From Tubiluchus corallicola (lineage: Eukaryota > Animalia > Priapulida), in the NCBI GenBank assembly GCA_030141605.1, contig JAQGDQ010000270.1:124001-188000 (forward strand): a DNA stretch of 64,000 bases, read 5' to 3'. The stretch's first letter is position 1. The number at the start of each line of letters is the position of its first letter. The notes under the pieces are model-generated. The model searched no databases, had not been told where the DNA came from, and saw nothing but the letters and a program-made list of their open reading frames with translations. The position numbers and the translations under genes are program-made. Of the stretch, positions 52,023 through 62,584 are shown piece by piece.

Positions 52023-54950
52023 ATGAATAACCCAAGTAAAAAACTGATTTTAATTGCAATATTTTGTGTACTATTTAATATGCTCCGGGCACAAGAGTAC
52101 AAAAAAGAAGTTGAAAAGCTGCCCATTATCAATGGTGCCTACGAGACCGGTGTTGAAGAAGACTGGCTTATTAAAAAACCAACAGAAAAAGCCCAGGTAT
52201 TCAGAAACAAAAACAACAACGAACTTATCCTTTCTAATGGGATAATTTCACGGTCGTTCCGGTTAAGTCCGAATGCTGCAACAACCAGCTTAAAGGTACT
52301 TGGCAAGCAAGAAGAGCACATCCGTGCAGTAAAGCCCGAGGCTATTGTTTCGGTAAATGGTTTTACTGTGAATGTAGGTGGTTTGCTTGGTCAGCCTAAT
52401 TTGGCATTCCTTTACCCTGATTGGTTGAATGATTTAACCGCCGATCCTCTCTCTTTCAAGTTTACAGGGTTTAAAGTTGGAGCACCCGAGAAGCGTTTTG
52501 AGTGGAAAAGGGTGCGCCATTGCGCACCCGATGCTGAGTGGCCGCCTAAAGGGGTGAAACTGCAAATGGACTACCAGCTGACAGATGTCACACCAGGAGA
52601 CCTGGTTTCGTTGGCACAAGAAAGCAGCATTGGAAGAAAGGAGATTTATAGTGATGTTTTCGCAACGATGGCCGATGCTTGGAGTATTCGTACCAGCCCA
52701 GCGCACGAAAGGAGTTCATTTTTTAACGAGGGGAAACCGGGTGAAATTTACACGCCCAACAACACCGCAGTTTATGCCGAATATAAACTACCTTCAGGAA
52801 CAGGTTTGGTGGAAACATCGATAGATGCCGGCACGGATTTAAGTGGTTTGTGGGGGCCTGGGATCGCTCTGGTTTGGAACGATCGCACAATAAAGTTTAA
52901 TATGCGCCCCGGGAATGAATCGGGTGTAAAAAACAACGGAGCCTGGCGTTTTACTGTTTTTGATGGTAAACGTGAAAATACCCGTGCTGGGGGAAAAGAC
53001 AATGTTGATTTTAGCGGGACTTATTTCTTGCGCCTAAGAATTGACGGTACTAAAGTTTATTGTGAAGCCAAGCCAAAAGATGGCAAGTGGAAAACTTATA
53101 AAGCTATCGATTTTGAAAAGGAAGTTCCTGATCCTATTTCTGTTCGAATTGGGAAAATGGGGCGAAATGCTTTGGGTGAAGACCACGAATTTCCGGGTGA
53201 GCTGGTACGTTTAAGGATGAACAGTTTTGCAGCTTACGGTAAGTTGGATAAAAATGAGATTCAGAAAATTACATCGAAACTTAGCGACCTGCAAAAACTG
53301 CTTATTTCGGTAAATTATGAAATGTATGATGGAGTTCCGGTCTTATCGAAGTGGATAACGGTTAAAAACAGCTCTGGTCAGCCGGTAAAAGTTGATCAGA
53401 TTATTTCTGAATATCTGGGTATTGCTGATCATAATCCTTATGGAGGTTATCGTGGTCGCGAGGATTTGAAAATAAAGCCCAATATTTATTTCGAAACCGA
53501 CATGGCTTTTTCGGCCATGGCAGCCAAAGTTGCCAATGGCCAAACTGTGCATTGGGGTACAGATCAGGATTACGTAACCCAGATTTCATGGATTCAGGAT
53601 GTTAAAAACACCATGCGCATCTATCCGCTTCAGGGTTATCATTTAACTGTTTCCGCAGGTGAATCGTTCGAATCCATACGATCGTTTATGATCCCTTACG
53701 ATTCGTATGACAAAGAACGAAACGGCCTTGCTCAGCGGAAAATGTATCGTGTGATTGCACCATGGGTTACCGAAAACCCGATGATGTTCCACATTACCCG
53801 TTCGAAATGGGAAGATTATACCAACGGAATTAATCAGGCAGCAGAAGTGGGCTATGAGATGGTAAACTTTTCGTTTGGCAGTGGCTTTAGTCCTGAAAAC
53901 GAAAGCGAAGAGAACTACGCAAAAATGAAAAAATATGCCCAATATGCCGACAGCAAGGGGATTAAGATTGGCACCTACTCTTTACTTGCATCGCGACGGA
54001 TTAGCGATAAAGATGATGTGGTAAACCCTAAAACCGGAAGGCCTGGTGGCTTTGCTACTTTTGGAAATTCGCCCTGCTTGGAAAGTGAATGGGGGCAGGA
54101 ATATTTTAGAAAAATGTACCGTATGTTTTCCGAAACAGGTCTTATGACCTTTACCCACGATGGAAGCTACCCGGGTGATGTTTGTGCATCAACTGAGCAT
54201 CCGGGGCATGAAGGTTTGGGTGATTCGCAATATAAGCAATGGAAGAAGATTACCGATTTTTATAAGTGGTGTAAAGGTCAGGGTGTTCATTTACGGGTTC
54301 CCGATTACTACTACTTATCAGGCTCGAACCAAAATGGGGTTGGTTACCGCGAAAACAACTGGTCGCTTCCCCGCCGCCATCAGTTGATTCATACCCGGCA
54401 GAATATTTTTGATGGTACCTGGGAAAGTATCCCATCTATGCGCTGGAGTTTTATTCCATTGGCGCAATATCATGGAGGAGGTCCTGCTGCTACCATTGAG
54501 CCACTGAGCGAGCATCTCGACCATTACGAAATGATGCTGGTAAGCAATATTGGTATGGGCATTCAATCGGCATTGCGGGGCCCGCGTTTATACGATACTG
54601 AAGAGACCAAGCAAATGGTTACTCGCGTGGTTGATTGGTATAAGAAGTACAGGGACATTCTTGAAAGTGATATCATTCACCTGCGTCGTGCCGATGGCCG
54701 CGATATTGATTATATGATGCATGTAAATCCTGAGTTGAAAGAGAAAGGGTTCTTACTGGTCTTCAACCCAACAGATAATGTAGTACGAAAAAAGATTACT
54801 GTACCGCTGTATTACACTGGCCTAAGCAAAAAGGCCAAGGTTAGGGAGCAGGAAAACCCTGCAAAATCATTTAAGCTGAACCGGGAGTACGAAATTGAAG
54901 TAGAAGTGGAAGTTCAACCCAATTGGTATAACTGGTATGTGGTTGAGTAG
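52023..54950 (+). CDS. secreted glycoside hydrolase, alpha-galactosidase-like (GH36-related fold)
   Basis: Signal peptide; APWVTENP, SFGSG, HDGSYPGD.C and GYRE.NWSLPR motifs; PUL context. Confidence 0.65.
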   Translation: MNNPSKKLILIAIFCVLFNMLRAQEYKKEVEKLPIINGAYETGVEEDWLIKKPTEKAQVFRNKNNNELILSNGIISRSFRLSPNAATTSLKVLGKQEEHIRAVKPEAIVSVNGFTVNVGGLLGQPNLAFLYPDWLNDLTADPLSFKFTGFKVGAPEKRFEWKRVRHCAPDAEWPPKGVKLQMDYQLTDVTPGDLVSLAQESSIGRKEIYSDVFATMADAWSIRTSPAHERSSFFNEGKPGEIYTPNNTAVYAEYKLPSGTGLVETSIDAGTDLSGLWGPGIALVWNDRTIKFNMRPGNESGVKNNGAWRFTVFDGKRENTRAGGKDNVDFSGTYFLRLRIDGTKVYCEAKPKDGKWKTYKAIDFEKEVPDPISVRIGKMGRNALGEDHEFPGELVRLRMNSFAAYGKLDKNEIQKITSKLSDLQKLLISVNYEMYDGVPVLSKWITVKNSSGQPVKVDQIISEYLGIADHNPYGGYRGREDLKIKPNIYFETDMAFSAMAAKVANGQTVHWGTDQDYVTQISWIQDVKNTMRIYPLQGYHLTVSAGESFESIRSFMIPYDSYDKERNGLAQRKMYRVIAPWVTENPMMFHITRSKWEDYTNGINQAAEVGYEMVNFSFGSGFSPENESEENYAKMKKYAQYADSKGIKIGTYSLLASRRISDKDDVVNPKTGRPGGFATFGNSPCLESEWGQEYFRKMYRMFSETGLMTFTHDGSYPGDVCASTEHPGHEGLGDSQYKQWKKITDFYKWCKGQGVHLRVPDYYYLSGSNQNGVGYRENNWSLPRRHQLIHTRQNIFDGTWESIPSMRWSFIPLAQYHGGGPAATIEPLSEHLDHYEMMLVSNIGMGIQSALRGPRLYDTEETKQMVTRVVDWYKKYRDILESDIIHLRRADGRDIDYMMHVNPELKEKGFLLVFNPTDNVVRKKITVPLYYTGLSKKAKVREQENPAKSFKLNREYEIEVEVEVQPNWYNWYVVE

Positions 54951-54968
54951 ATGTAGAATGTAAAGGTG

Positions 54969-56306
54969 GACACTGTTTCACAAAGTGTGTAAACTAAAAA
55001 AATACCGAGGGTTTGGCTATTTATAGCTGGACCCTTTTTTCAAATATAACTAAGAACTGATTCAAGACAATGCCCCAGTTTCTGATTGGCATTGACCATT
55101 TTTTAGTTGCTTCTCTGGTTGCCAAAAATACAGATTTCATTACAGCCTGGTCTGACGGGAATGAAAGTTTGTTTTTTGTGTATTTTCTGATTTTTCCGTT
55201 GAGATTCTCAATCAGGTTGGTTGTATAAATTATCTTTCTGATTTCCAGCGGAAACTCAAAGAATACTGTTAGGTCTTCCCAGTTGTCTCGCCAGCTTTTA
55301 ATTGCGTAAGAGTATTTATCCTCCCAAGCTGATGCAAAATCTTCTAAAGCTGCTTTTGCAGCCTCTTTTGTAGGGGCATTATAGATTTGCTTCATATCTT
55401 TTGTAAATGCCTTTTTATCTTTCCAAACCACGTATCTGCTTGCGTTACGGATTTGATGAACAACACATATTTGTGTTTTAGATTCAGGGAAAACAGTTCG
55501 GATAGTATCTGTAAAGCCATTCAAGTTATCTGTTGCCGTAATCAGGATATCGTTAACTCCACGGGCTTTCATATCGGTAAGTACGTTCATCCAAAAGGCA
55601 GCGGACTCACTCTTGCCCAACCATAAGCCAAGAACCTCTTTTTTCCCATCTCTGCGAAGTCCTACGGCAATGTAAACGGTTTTGTTGACGACCTTAGAGT
55701 TCTCCCGCACTTTAAATACAATGCCATCCATCCAAACAATTAGGTATACAATTTCCAGAGGTCGGTTCTGCCACGCTACAATGTCGTTGGTGACTGAATC
55801 GGTAATCCTTGATATGGTGGATGTAGAAACTTCAAAACCGTATAGCTCCCGAATTTGCTCTTCAATATCGCTATTACTCATTCCTTTAGCATAAAACGAA
55901 ACAATGATATTCTCTAAGCCATCGACCATGTTCCCTCCTTTGGGTACAATCATCGGATTAAACGAAGCATCACGGTCTCGGGGAACCTGAATGTTGGATT
56001 CTCCCAGAGTGGTTCGGACTCTCTTCTCTGAATAGCCATTGCGGGCATTCTGATTATCCGATTTTTGATTTTTATCATAGCCTAAATGACCATCGAGTTC
56101 TCCTTCAAGCATCTTTTCAATGCCTCGTTTTTGGAACTCTTGTAAAAAACCATTGAGCTCTTCCCCTGAATTAAACTGTTCAAGGAAATCATCATTTAAT
56201 AAATCTTCTTTTTTCATTACTGTCTAAAGTTTTAAAATTAAACAAAAAAATGCCGAGGGTTGCAACCCTCGGCATTTTCTATTTACACAGTTTATGAGAT
56301 AGTGCT
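54969..56306 (-). mobile_element. IS256-family insertion sequence
   Basis: Imperfect ~25-bp TIRs GACACTGTTTCACAAAGTGTGTAAA and (reverse complement) AGCACTATCTCATAAACTGTGTAAA around one transposase. Confidence 0.88.
55021..56217 (-). CDS. IS256-family DDE transposase
   Basis: RNGY, VPRDR, WMDG, ATDNL, QICVVH and [10 protein letters not shown] motifs; open frame of 398 aa. Confidence 0.96.
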   Translation of the reverse strand: MKKEDLLNDDFLEQFNSGEELNGFLQEFQKRGIEKMLEGELDGHLGYDKNQKSDNQNARNGYSEKRVRTTLGESNIQVPRDRDASFNPMIVPKGGNMVDGLENIIVSFYAKGMSNSDIEEQIRELYGFEVSTSTISRITDSVTNDIVAWQNRPLEIVYLIVWMDGIVFKVRENSKVVNKTVYIAVGLRRDGKKEVLGLWLGKSESAAFWMNVLTDMKARGVNDILITATDNLNGFTDTIRTVFPESKTQICVVHQIRNASRYVVWKDKKAFTKDMKQIYNAPTKEAAKAALEDFASAWEDKYSYAIKSWRDNWEDLTVFFEFPLEIRKIIYTTNLIENLNGKIRKYTKNKLSFPSDQAVMKSVFLATREATKKWSMPIRNWGIVLNQFLVIFEKRVQL

Positions 56307-56390
56307 TTTAGATCTTTGCAAAGCTCAGCTTTTTATCTGTAGCGCAGATTCCTAAGTGTTCCCGTCTTCAGTAGAGTAACGGTTTTTTGT

Positions 56391-56864
56391 TTATTTTCTT
56401 TTTACCTTACTCCTTGCTGAATAGTTGATATTTAGCGCATGCACCTTTCGGAGCTCTTCCTTTACATCAGTAATAATTCCCATTTTGGTGTATTCATCTG
56501 CTTTCAAAGAGGTAACCATAAATGGAACTTCTGCCTCAGTACGTGCTTCACGCTCCGAAATAATAAAACTCCTAATATCTTCCGGATTGGCAAATGCATC
56601 ATTTAGTTGGATACGTGGTTCTAAACCAAACATTTTCTGATATTGCTCAGTGGGAGTTCCTATATATATGTAACTTACTAATGATTTTTTTTCAAGTTTG
56701 CTTAGTTCTGTTGCTTCTGGTACTCTGACGCGTACTTTCATGGTAACTTCGCGCATAGTGGTTGATACCATGAAAAAGAATAGCAGCATAAATACGATAT
56801 CTGGTAATGCTGATGTTGAGATTGCCGGTATCCCTTTTTTATTATTTTTCCTAAATTTTGACAT
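56391..56864 (-). CDS. exbD: biopolymer transporter ExbD
   Basis: ALPDIVFMLLFFFMV TM motif and LKAD. Confidence 0.92.
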   Translation of the reverse strand: MSKFRKNNKKGIPAISTSALPDIVFMLLFFFMVSTTMREVTMKVRVRVPEATELSKLEKKSLVSYIYIGTPTEQYQKMFGLEPRIQLNDAFANPEDIRSFIISEREARTEAEVPFMVTSLKADEYTKMGIITDVKEELRKVHALNINYSARSKVKRK

Positions 56865-56937
56865 TTACTTTCTCCCTTTTAATTTGTTTATTAACTTGGC
56901 AGAGAAGATCATACTTCTGTTTTGCCTCTTACTGTCT

Positions 56938-57510
56938 CTATTTCCTCCTTTTAGGTTCGGCTTCAGAGATTTTAGATGGAAAAATTATTCTTATCGCATT
57001 TTGGTGCTCCCTGTCAAGATCTGCATAGTTTTTACCCCATTTGCTACGGGCTAACTCCTCTCTGAGTTCGTTAATTGCACCGACGAGTTCATTTTGTACT
57101 TGCAGATAGATGTCATAAGTTGTTCCTACATGATTTCGTAGTGATATAACCCCTCTCGTTACAGGTACTTGTCCAAAGAACTCAACTTCTTTTATTTCTT
57201 TTTCAGGAAGATCTTCTTTATTGGCAGGGTTAGCCATGAACTCTTTTGTTTTTTCACGCAAAACTCTAATAGGAGTTAATTCTCCCTCAACCAGCAGTTG
57301 GTTATTAGAATTTACCAGTACTTCAAATATGTTTCGCTCTTTGATCCTATTGTCATTATCAATAACTTGATCTGGGGGAGGGGGAGGCGGAAGTTTACGC
57401 CTAAGCCCTGAGTCAACATCCATAGTGGTTGTAACCAGAAAGAATATAAGTAGCATGAAGGCAATATCTGCCAGTGATGATGCATTATATTCTGGTAGTT
57501 TTTTAGCCAT
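56938..57510 (-). CDS. exbD: biopolymer transporter ExbD
   Basis: SLADIAFMLLIFFLVTT, poly-Pro segment and ISEAEP. Confidence 0.92.
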   Translation of the reverse strand: MAKKLPEYNASSLADIAFMLLIFFLVTTTMDVDSGLRRKLPPPPPPDQVIDNDNRIKERNIFEVLVNSNNQLLVEGELTPIRVLREKTKEFMANPANKEDLPEKEIKEVEFFGQVPVTRGVISLRNHVGTTYDIYLQVQNELVGAINELREELARSKWGKNYADLDREHQNAIRIIFPSKISEAEPKRRK

Positions 57511-57721
57511 ATTATAATATGAATTCGTGTGTTTAGATAAATTTTAATCAGTACGCCTGCAGTTTAAATAATCATATGTGTCTTGATAATATTACAGATA
57601 CTTTTCCAAACCGATTTGTGCCTCGTAATTTTATTTAAATAATTGCTATCCTTATATAGAAGCTATTACACGCCTAGTCTAAATTTTTCATTGTATAGCG
57701 CTTTCGGGTAAATAAAATGTT

Positions 57722-58171
57722 TTACTTCCAAACCCGGCTTACAGATGAATAAATGATTGAAATAATAGCTCCAAAGAAAAGTATGTACGTTACGTATAAT
57801 ATAGTGTCAGTTGCTTTTGCCCACCACTCTGTTAAAATACCTTTTTTTACAAGTTCAGCTGCCCCAAAAAATTGAGGTATTTCTGAAGAGGCCATGGTAT
57901 TGGCAGCTAAAAATACTGCAGCAATGATTCCAAAAGATATAATGCTCTTTTTAGCATTTGTTTTGGATGAAAACGTCTGGGTGATAGAGAATATCACAGC
58001 AATACCAATTGCAGTAAATAAAAGTACTTTCGCCCACCACAGGATTGTGTTTACACGCCCGTCCATACTCGGAGTATCAACACTTTTTACTAACATCACG
58101 ATAAGTACACCCGAGACTATCAATAGAGCCCACAGCACTATTGATAGTATTTTTGTTATTTTACTGTTCAT
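57722..58171 (-). CDS. conserved 4-TM protein of the Bacteroidota exbB-exbD operon
   Basis: Four hydrophobic segments; sits between exbB and exbD. Confidence 0.7.
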   Translation of the reverse strand: MNSKITKILSIVLWALLIVSGVLIVMLVKSVDTPSMDGRVNTILWWAKVLLFTAIGIAVIFSITQTFSSKTNAKKSIISFGIIAAVFLAANTMASSEIPQFFGAAELVKKGILTEWWAKATDTILYVTYILFFGAIISIIYSSVSRVWK

Positions 58172-58191
58172 ATAATAATGTTAATATGCGG

Positions 58192-58986
58192 TTACTTCTT
58201 ATGCTTATGTCTCACTAGTATATCCAGCAGAGTGATGGATGAATCCTCCATGTTGCTTACAATGCTATCAATTTTTGCAACGCAGTAGATGTAGAAAACC
58301 TGAAGTATAATTGCAACGATAAGTCCTGTTACGGTAGTGATAAGTGCTACTTTAATACCTCCAGCTACAAGACCAGGAGAGATATCTCCGGCAATTTCAA
58401 TAGCGTCAAATGCTTCAATCATACCAATTACAGTTCCCATAAAGCCAAGCATTGGGGAGAGCGCTATGAATAGTGAAATCCAATTCAGTCCTTTTTCTAA
58501 TAATCCGGATTGAACACCACCATATGATACAATTGATTTTTCCACTACTTCAATACCTTCGTCAACACGATCCAATCCCTGGTAGAATATGGATGCGACA
58601 GGCCCGGATGTTTTACGGCACACATCTTTTGCCGCTTCAACTCCTCCTTCTTCAAGTGCATTTTCTACATTGTTGATCAACTTCTTAGTATTTGTTGTCG
58701 CAAGGTTCAGATAAATCACCCTTTCAATGGCAAGAGCCAAGCCTAAAATCAGGCAAACAAGGACAAATGACATAAAAGTAGGGCCTCCTTCAATAAAGTA
58801 TTGCTTCATTCTGCTATGCAGTGATTTGCCTCCTTCCATTGCTAGTGCAGCATCCTCCGCAGAATCGGCTAATAAATCTTGAGATGCTTGTTCCGTAGTA
58901 GTTTCCCCTTCTTGCTCAACAGCCATGGCAGAGAGTCCAAAGCTGAGAGTTCCAAGAATTGCAACCAACGCAAATAGCTTTTTCAT
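58192..58986 (-). CDS. exbB: MotA/TolQ/ExbB proton channel
   Basis: PMLGFMGTVIGMI and GIKVALITTVTGL motifs. Confidence 0.93.
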   Translation of the reverse strand: MKKLFALVAILGTLSFGLSAMAVEQEGETTTEQASQDLLADSAEDAALAMEGGKSLHSRMKQYFIEGGPTFMSFVLVCLILGLALAIERVIYLNLATTNTKKLINNVENALEEGGVEAAKDVCRKTSGPVASIFYQGLDRVDEGIEVVEKSIVSYGGVQSGLLEKGLNWISLFIALSPMLGFMGTVIGMIEAFDAIEIAGDISPGLVAGGIKVALITTVTGLIVAIILQVFYIYCVAKIDSIVSNMEDSSITLLDILVRHKHKK

Positions 58987-59420
58987 AACTAGTTTCAAAT
59001 TTTAAATTTTAAAATTAATAATAAAAACTGATAAGTTGTTTATTGTTCTTTTATGCAAGCTTTATTTCCATGAGAGTAAAATGAAGCCAGCAAAGTGAAT
59101 GAACGTATTACTTAATCCCTCGGCAATGTAAATAATATTTTTAGTATTAAGAAATGTAAAACTATAAAAAAATAAATTTTTTAATACATCTCTTTATAAA
59201 ATCTAATCTATTATTTTTTAGATTAACTTAATATTTAGTGAAAATTTGTTAATAGATTTGTAGTGGTCATAAGAAGCAGGATGGGTGTTTGAGTTAAGAA
59301 ATGCAATAATTTAATCATAGTAAATGTTATTTGCGCATTTTCTTTTTTGATCTAAATTAGGCTTAGTATTTAAGCTAAGTTTCCAGGTTCTAAGTTTTAA
59401 TTAAAAATCGATTTAATTTT

Positions 59421-62087
59421 ATGGATTTTATTAAGAGGGTTTTCTATTTATGTGCTATAAGCCTTATTATTTTGTGTGGTTGTTCAAAACAACATCTTAT
59501 AAATGACAGATCTTTGAGGAGGCAGGTCCATAAGGATTTTTTGGAGCGAAAGAAAAAGATCGCTAATGAGGATGTGTGGCAAGTTTTTGATAGTAAGGTA
59601 ATAACATTGCCAGAGCGTGAGGCTTTAGAGTTTTTGTACGCTTATATGCCGCTTAATGATCTGGCAGATTATGATGGAGAGTTTTTCCTGGAACAAGTTC
59701 GAACAACTTTAAAGGCGAGGGAAACTTTTAAGTGGGGTAAGGAGATTTCGGAGGAGCTGTTCCTTCATTTTGTATTGCCCTACAGGATCAATAATGAGAA
59801 CCTTGACTCTGCACGCACTGTATTTTTTAAGGAGTTAGCACCACGTATAGAGAGCCTGGAGTTGCGGGATGCTATTTTGGAAGTTAATCACTGGTCTCAC
59901 GAGAAAGTGAGCTACCAGGCTTCTGACAGGCGAACATCGTCACCTCTTGCTACACAAAGAAATGCTTTGGGGCGCTGTGGTGAGGAGACCGTTTTTACTG
60001 TTGCTGCCCTGAGAGCCGTTGGCATTCCGTCTCGTCAGGTGTATACGCCACGTTGGGCGCATACTGACGACAACCACGCCTGGGTTGAAGCTTGGGCAGG
60101 TGGTACGTGGCACTATTTGGGGGCGTGTGAGCCTTCTCCTGATTTAAATATGGGGTGGTTTACTAATCCTACAAAGCGGGCTATGTTAACACATACAAAG
60201 GCTTTTGGAAATTATCAGGGAGCTGAAAGTGTGGCTAAGAGAGCCCAGTACTATACAGAAATTAATACGCTGGACCATTATGCGCAGACTAAAAAGGTAT
60301 ATGTGCAGGTGGCGGATGCTGTTAACAAGCCCGTTGAGGCAACTGTTGTGTTTTATGTATATAATTATGCTGAGTTTTCTCCTCTTTTTAAGCAGCAGAC
60401 TAACTCACAGGGATTTTGTGAGTTCATTACGGGTTTGGGGGATTTGCTGATATGGGCACATAGTGGAACTACATATGGGTATCAGAAGGTGTCTGTAGGA
60501 GAGGTAGATACAGTTAAAGTGATACTGGATAGGGATGGAAGTAGAGGGAGGGAGTATGTTATTGAATACGATATGCGTCCACCTGTGGGAGATGCTTTTG
60601 GCAGTCTTGTTCCTCCCGAAGTTACAGAGGAACAAAAGCAGCGGAATAATATAAGATTGAAAGAGGAAGATGCTATTCGTACAGGCTATGAAAGCACTTT
60701 TATAACAAAGGAAACGGCTTACAAACTGGCGCAAAAATACTCACTAGATAAAGAGAGGGTGTGGGCTATACTGAGTAAGAGCAGGGGAAATTGGAGGGAG
60801 ATACAAAAGTTTATTGAGCACGCGCCTAGTTCTAAATTGGAATGGGTACTTCCATTTTTAGAGGTAATGGCAGAAAAGGATTTGCATGATATAACACAGA
60901 GGATAGCTGCCGAAGAGTTTAGCGGGGCATTTACATATTTTGATGCAGGGCAGGATAAGGATATGTTTATTAAGTATGTGCTAAATCCTAGGATAAGGAA
61001 CGAAATGATAGTGTCATATAAGAGCTATTTCCAGCAGGAGCTACCTCAGAGTTTCCAGAAAGAGGCAAGACAAAATCCAGAAGTTTTATTCAGTTTTGTG
61101 AAAGAGAGTGTAAAGATAGATGAAGATGGTGTGTATTACAGCTGCCCTATTACTCCTATTGGGGTTAACAAGCTGATGATGTCAAACGGAGAGTCTAGGG
61201 ATATTTATTTTGTGGCTCTTTGCAGGAGTTTGGGTATTCCTGCTCGTTTGTCAAAAGGGATGGAGATACCACAATACTATTTTAACCGACAGTGGTATAA
61301 TGCCGGTTTTATAGCCAATGAGTCTCCGACAAAGGTTGCGGGCGGATTTTTACAGTTGGGATATGATGTTACGGATGGAGAGTTGGAGCCAAGGTACAGG
61401 CAGCATTTTTCTTTAGCCAAGTTTGATGATGGGGTTTACAAAACATTGAGGTATCCGTTTGCACAATCAGTCAAAGGTTTTTCTAAAAGCATTTCACTGG
61501 ATGAGGGGAACTATCTTTTGGTTACAGGTAATAGGATGAAGGATGGTACTGTTTTGTCTCATTTGACCTTTTTCCCCATTGAAGAAAATATTACTAAAAA
61601 AATATCAATGACGATGAGGAGCTCTTCTGGCTTAGACAGACATATTTACGGAGAGATGAGTACAGATCTACCCTTATATTCTTTCGAAAATAAAGAGGAG
61701 AAAACAGTTGGCAGCCTGTTTTCAAAACCGAACACTATTTTAATATGGCTGGAGCCGGACAGAGAGCCAACAAAACATGTTTTGAACGATTTGAAGTCTT
61801 TACGTAATGAGTTTAGCAGGTGGGGCGGAAATATAGCACTGTTATTGCACAAGGATAAAATTACCTCTTCGTTTAAGCCGATGGATGGGCTGCCTACGAA
61901 TAGTAGTTTTTATACTGACAAGGATAAGGCCGTGTATAGAGCAGTTGCTCAAGCTACAGAGAAGAGTTTAAGTGAGTATCCTATTGTACTGGTGCTGAAT
62001 CGTGAAGGGGAGATGCTCTTTTTGTCGGAGGGTTATAAGATTGGCTTGGGTGAGCAGATGCTCAAAACATTGAATACTGGTGATTGA
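59421..62087 (+). CDS. transglutaminase-like domain lipoprotein
   Basis: Lipobox LCGC, GRCGEE, WAHTDDNHAWVE and a second degenerate domain (ALCRSLGIPAR). Confidence 0.88.
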   Translation: MDFIKRVFYLCAISLIILCGCSKQHLINDRSLRRQVHKDFLERKKKIANEDVWQVFDSKVITLPEREALEFLYAYMPLNDLADYDGEFFLEQVRTTLKARETFKWGKEISEELFLHFVLPYRINNENLDSARTVFFKELAPRIESLELRDAILEVNHWSHEKVSYQASDRRTSSPLATQRNALGRCGEETVFTVAALRAVGIPSRQVYTPRWAHTDDNHAWVEAWAGGTWHYLGACEPSPDLNMGWFTNPTKRAMLTHTKAFGNYQGAESVAKRAQYYTEINTLDHYAQTKKVYVQVADAVNKPVEATVVFYVYNYAEFSPLFKQQTNSQGFCEFITGLGDLLIWAHSGTTYGYQKVSVGEVDTVKVILDRDGSRGREYVIEYDMRPPVGDAFGSLVPPEVTEEQKQRNNIRLKEEDAIRTGYESTFITKETAYKLAQKYSLDKERVWAILSKSRGNWREIQKFIEHAPSSKLEWVLPFLEVMAEKDLHDITQRIAAEEFSGAFTYFDAGQDKDMFIKYVLNPRIRNEMIVSYKSYFQQELPQSFQKEARQNPEVLFSFVKESVKIDEDGVYYSCPITPIGVNKLMMSNGESRDIYFVALCRSLGIPARLSKGMEIPQYYFNRQWYNAGFIANESPTKVAGGFLQLGYDVTDGELEPRYRQHFSLAKFDDGVYKTLRYPFAQSVKGFSKSISLDEGNYLLVTGNRMKDGTVLSHLTFFPIEENITKKISMTMRSSSGLDRHIYGEMSTDLPLYSFENKEEKTVGSLFSKPNTILIWLEPDREPTKHVLNDLKSLRNEFSRWGGNIALLLHKDKITSSFKPMDGLPTNSSFYTDKDKAVYRAVAQATEKSLSEYPIVLVLNREGEMLFLSEGYKIGLGEQMLKTLNTGD

Positions 62088-62142
62088 GGTAGTTTTTTCT
62101 TAACTTGTCAGCTAGATAGGTTTTTTTAAGGCTGAGAGTTTC

Positions 62143-62169
62143 AAAGCCTGTCCGTTTCCGGCAGGCTTT
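62143..62169. terminator. hairpin after the transglutaminase gene
   Basis: AAAGCCTG...CAGGCTTT inverted repeat. Confidence 0.55.
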
Positions 62170-62584
62170 AAAGTGGTTTATTCGAGGTGAGTGTTTTTTT
62201 AAGCTATTCCCGAAGATAAAACTGGGGCAGATCTGGGAAAAAGAGCGATGGGGCGTTGAACTATCGGCTGATTAGCAATAAGTTTTTGGTAGAGGTGGTT
62301 AAAATAAAGTGAGGATTTTATAAAACTCATATTTTTTTAATATTTTGTCAAAATCATATTTAAATTCCTCATTTTACGTCAGTAAACTGCGGCTTTTTTA
62401 TCGAATTTATTTTTTATATATGAATCAAAATCTTCGGCTTTACAAATATTTATGAGGGCAAAGCGCTATAAGTTTAATAGAATTACCATATTAACCTAAA
62501 CAGCATTTCGTATTTTTATTCTAGTTTGTGTTTAATAAAGTATATATAGCTTATAAATTAATTGTAATTTAAAGTTTAAATATT

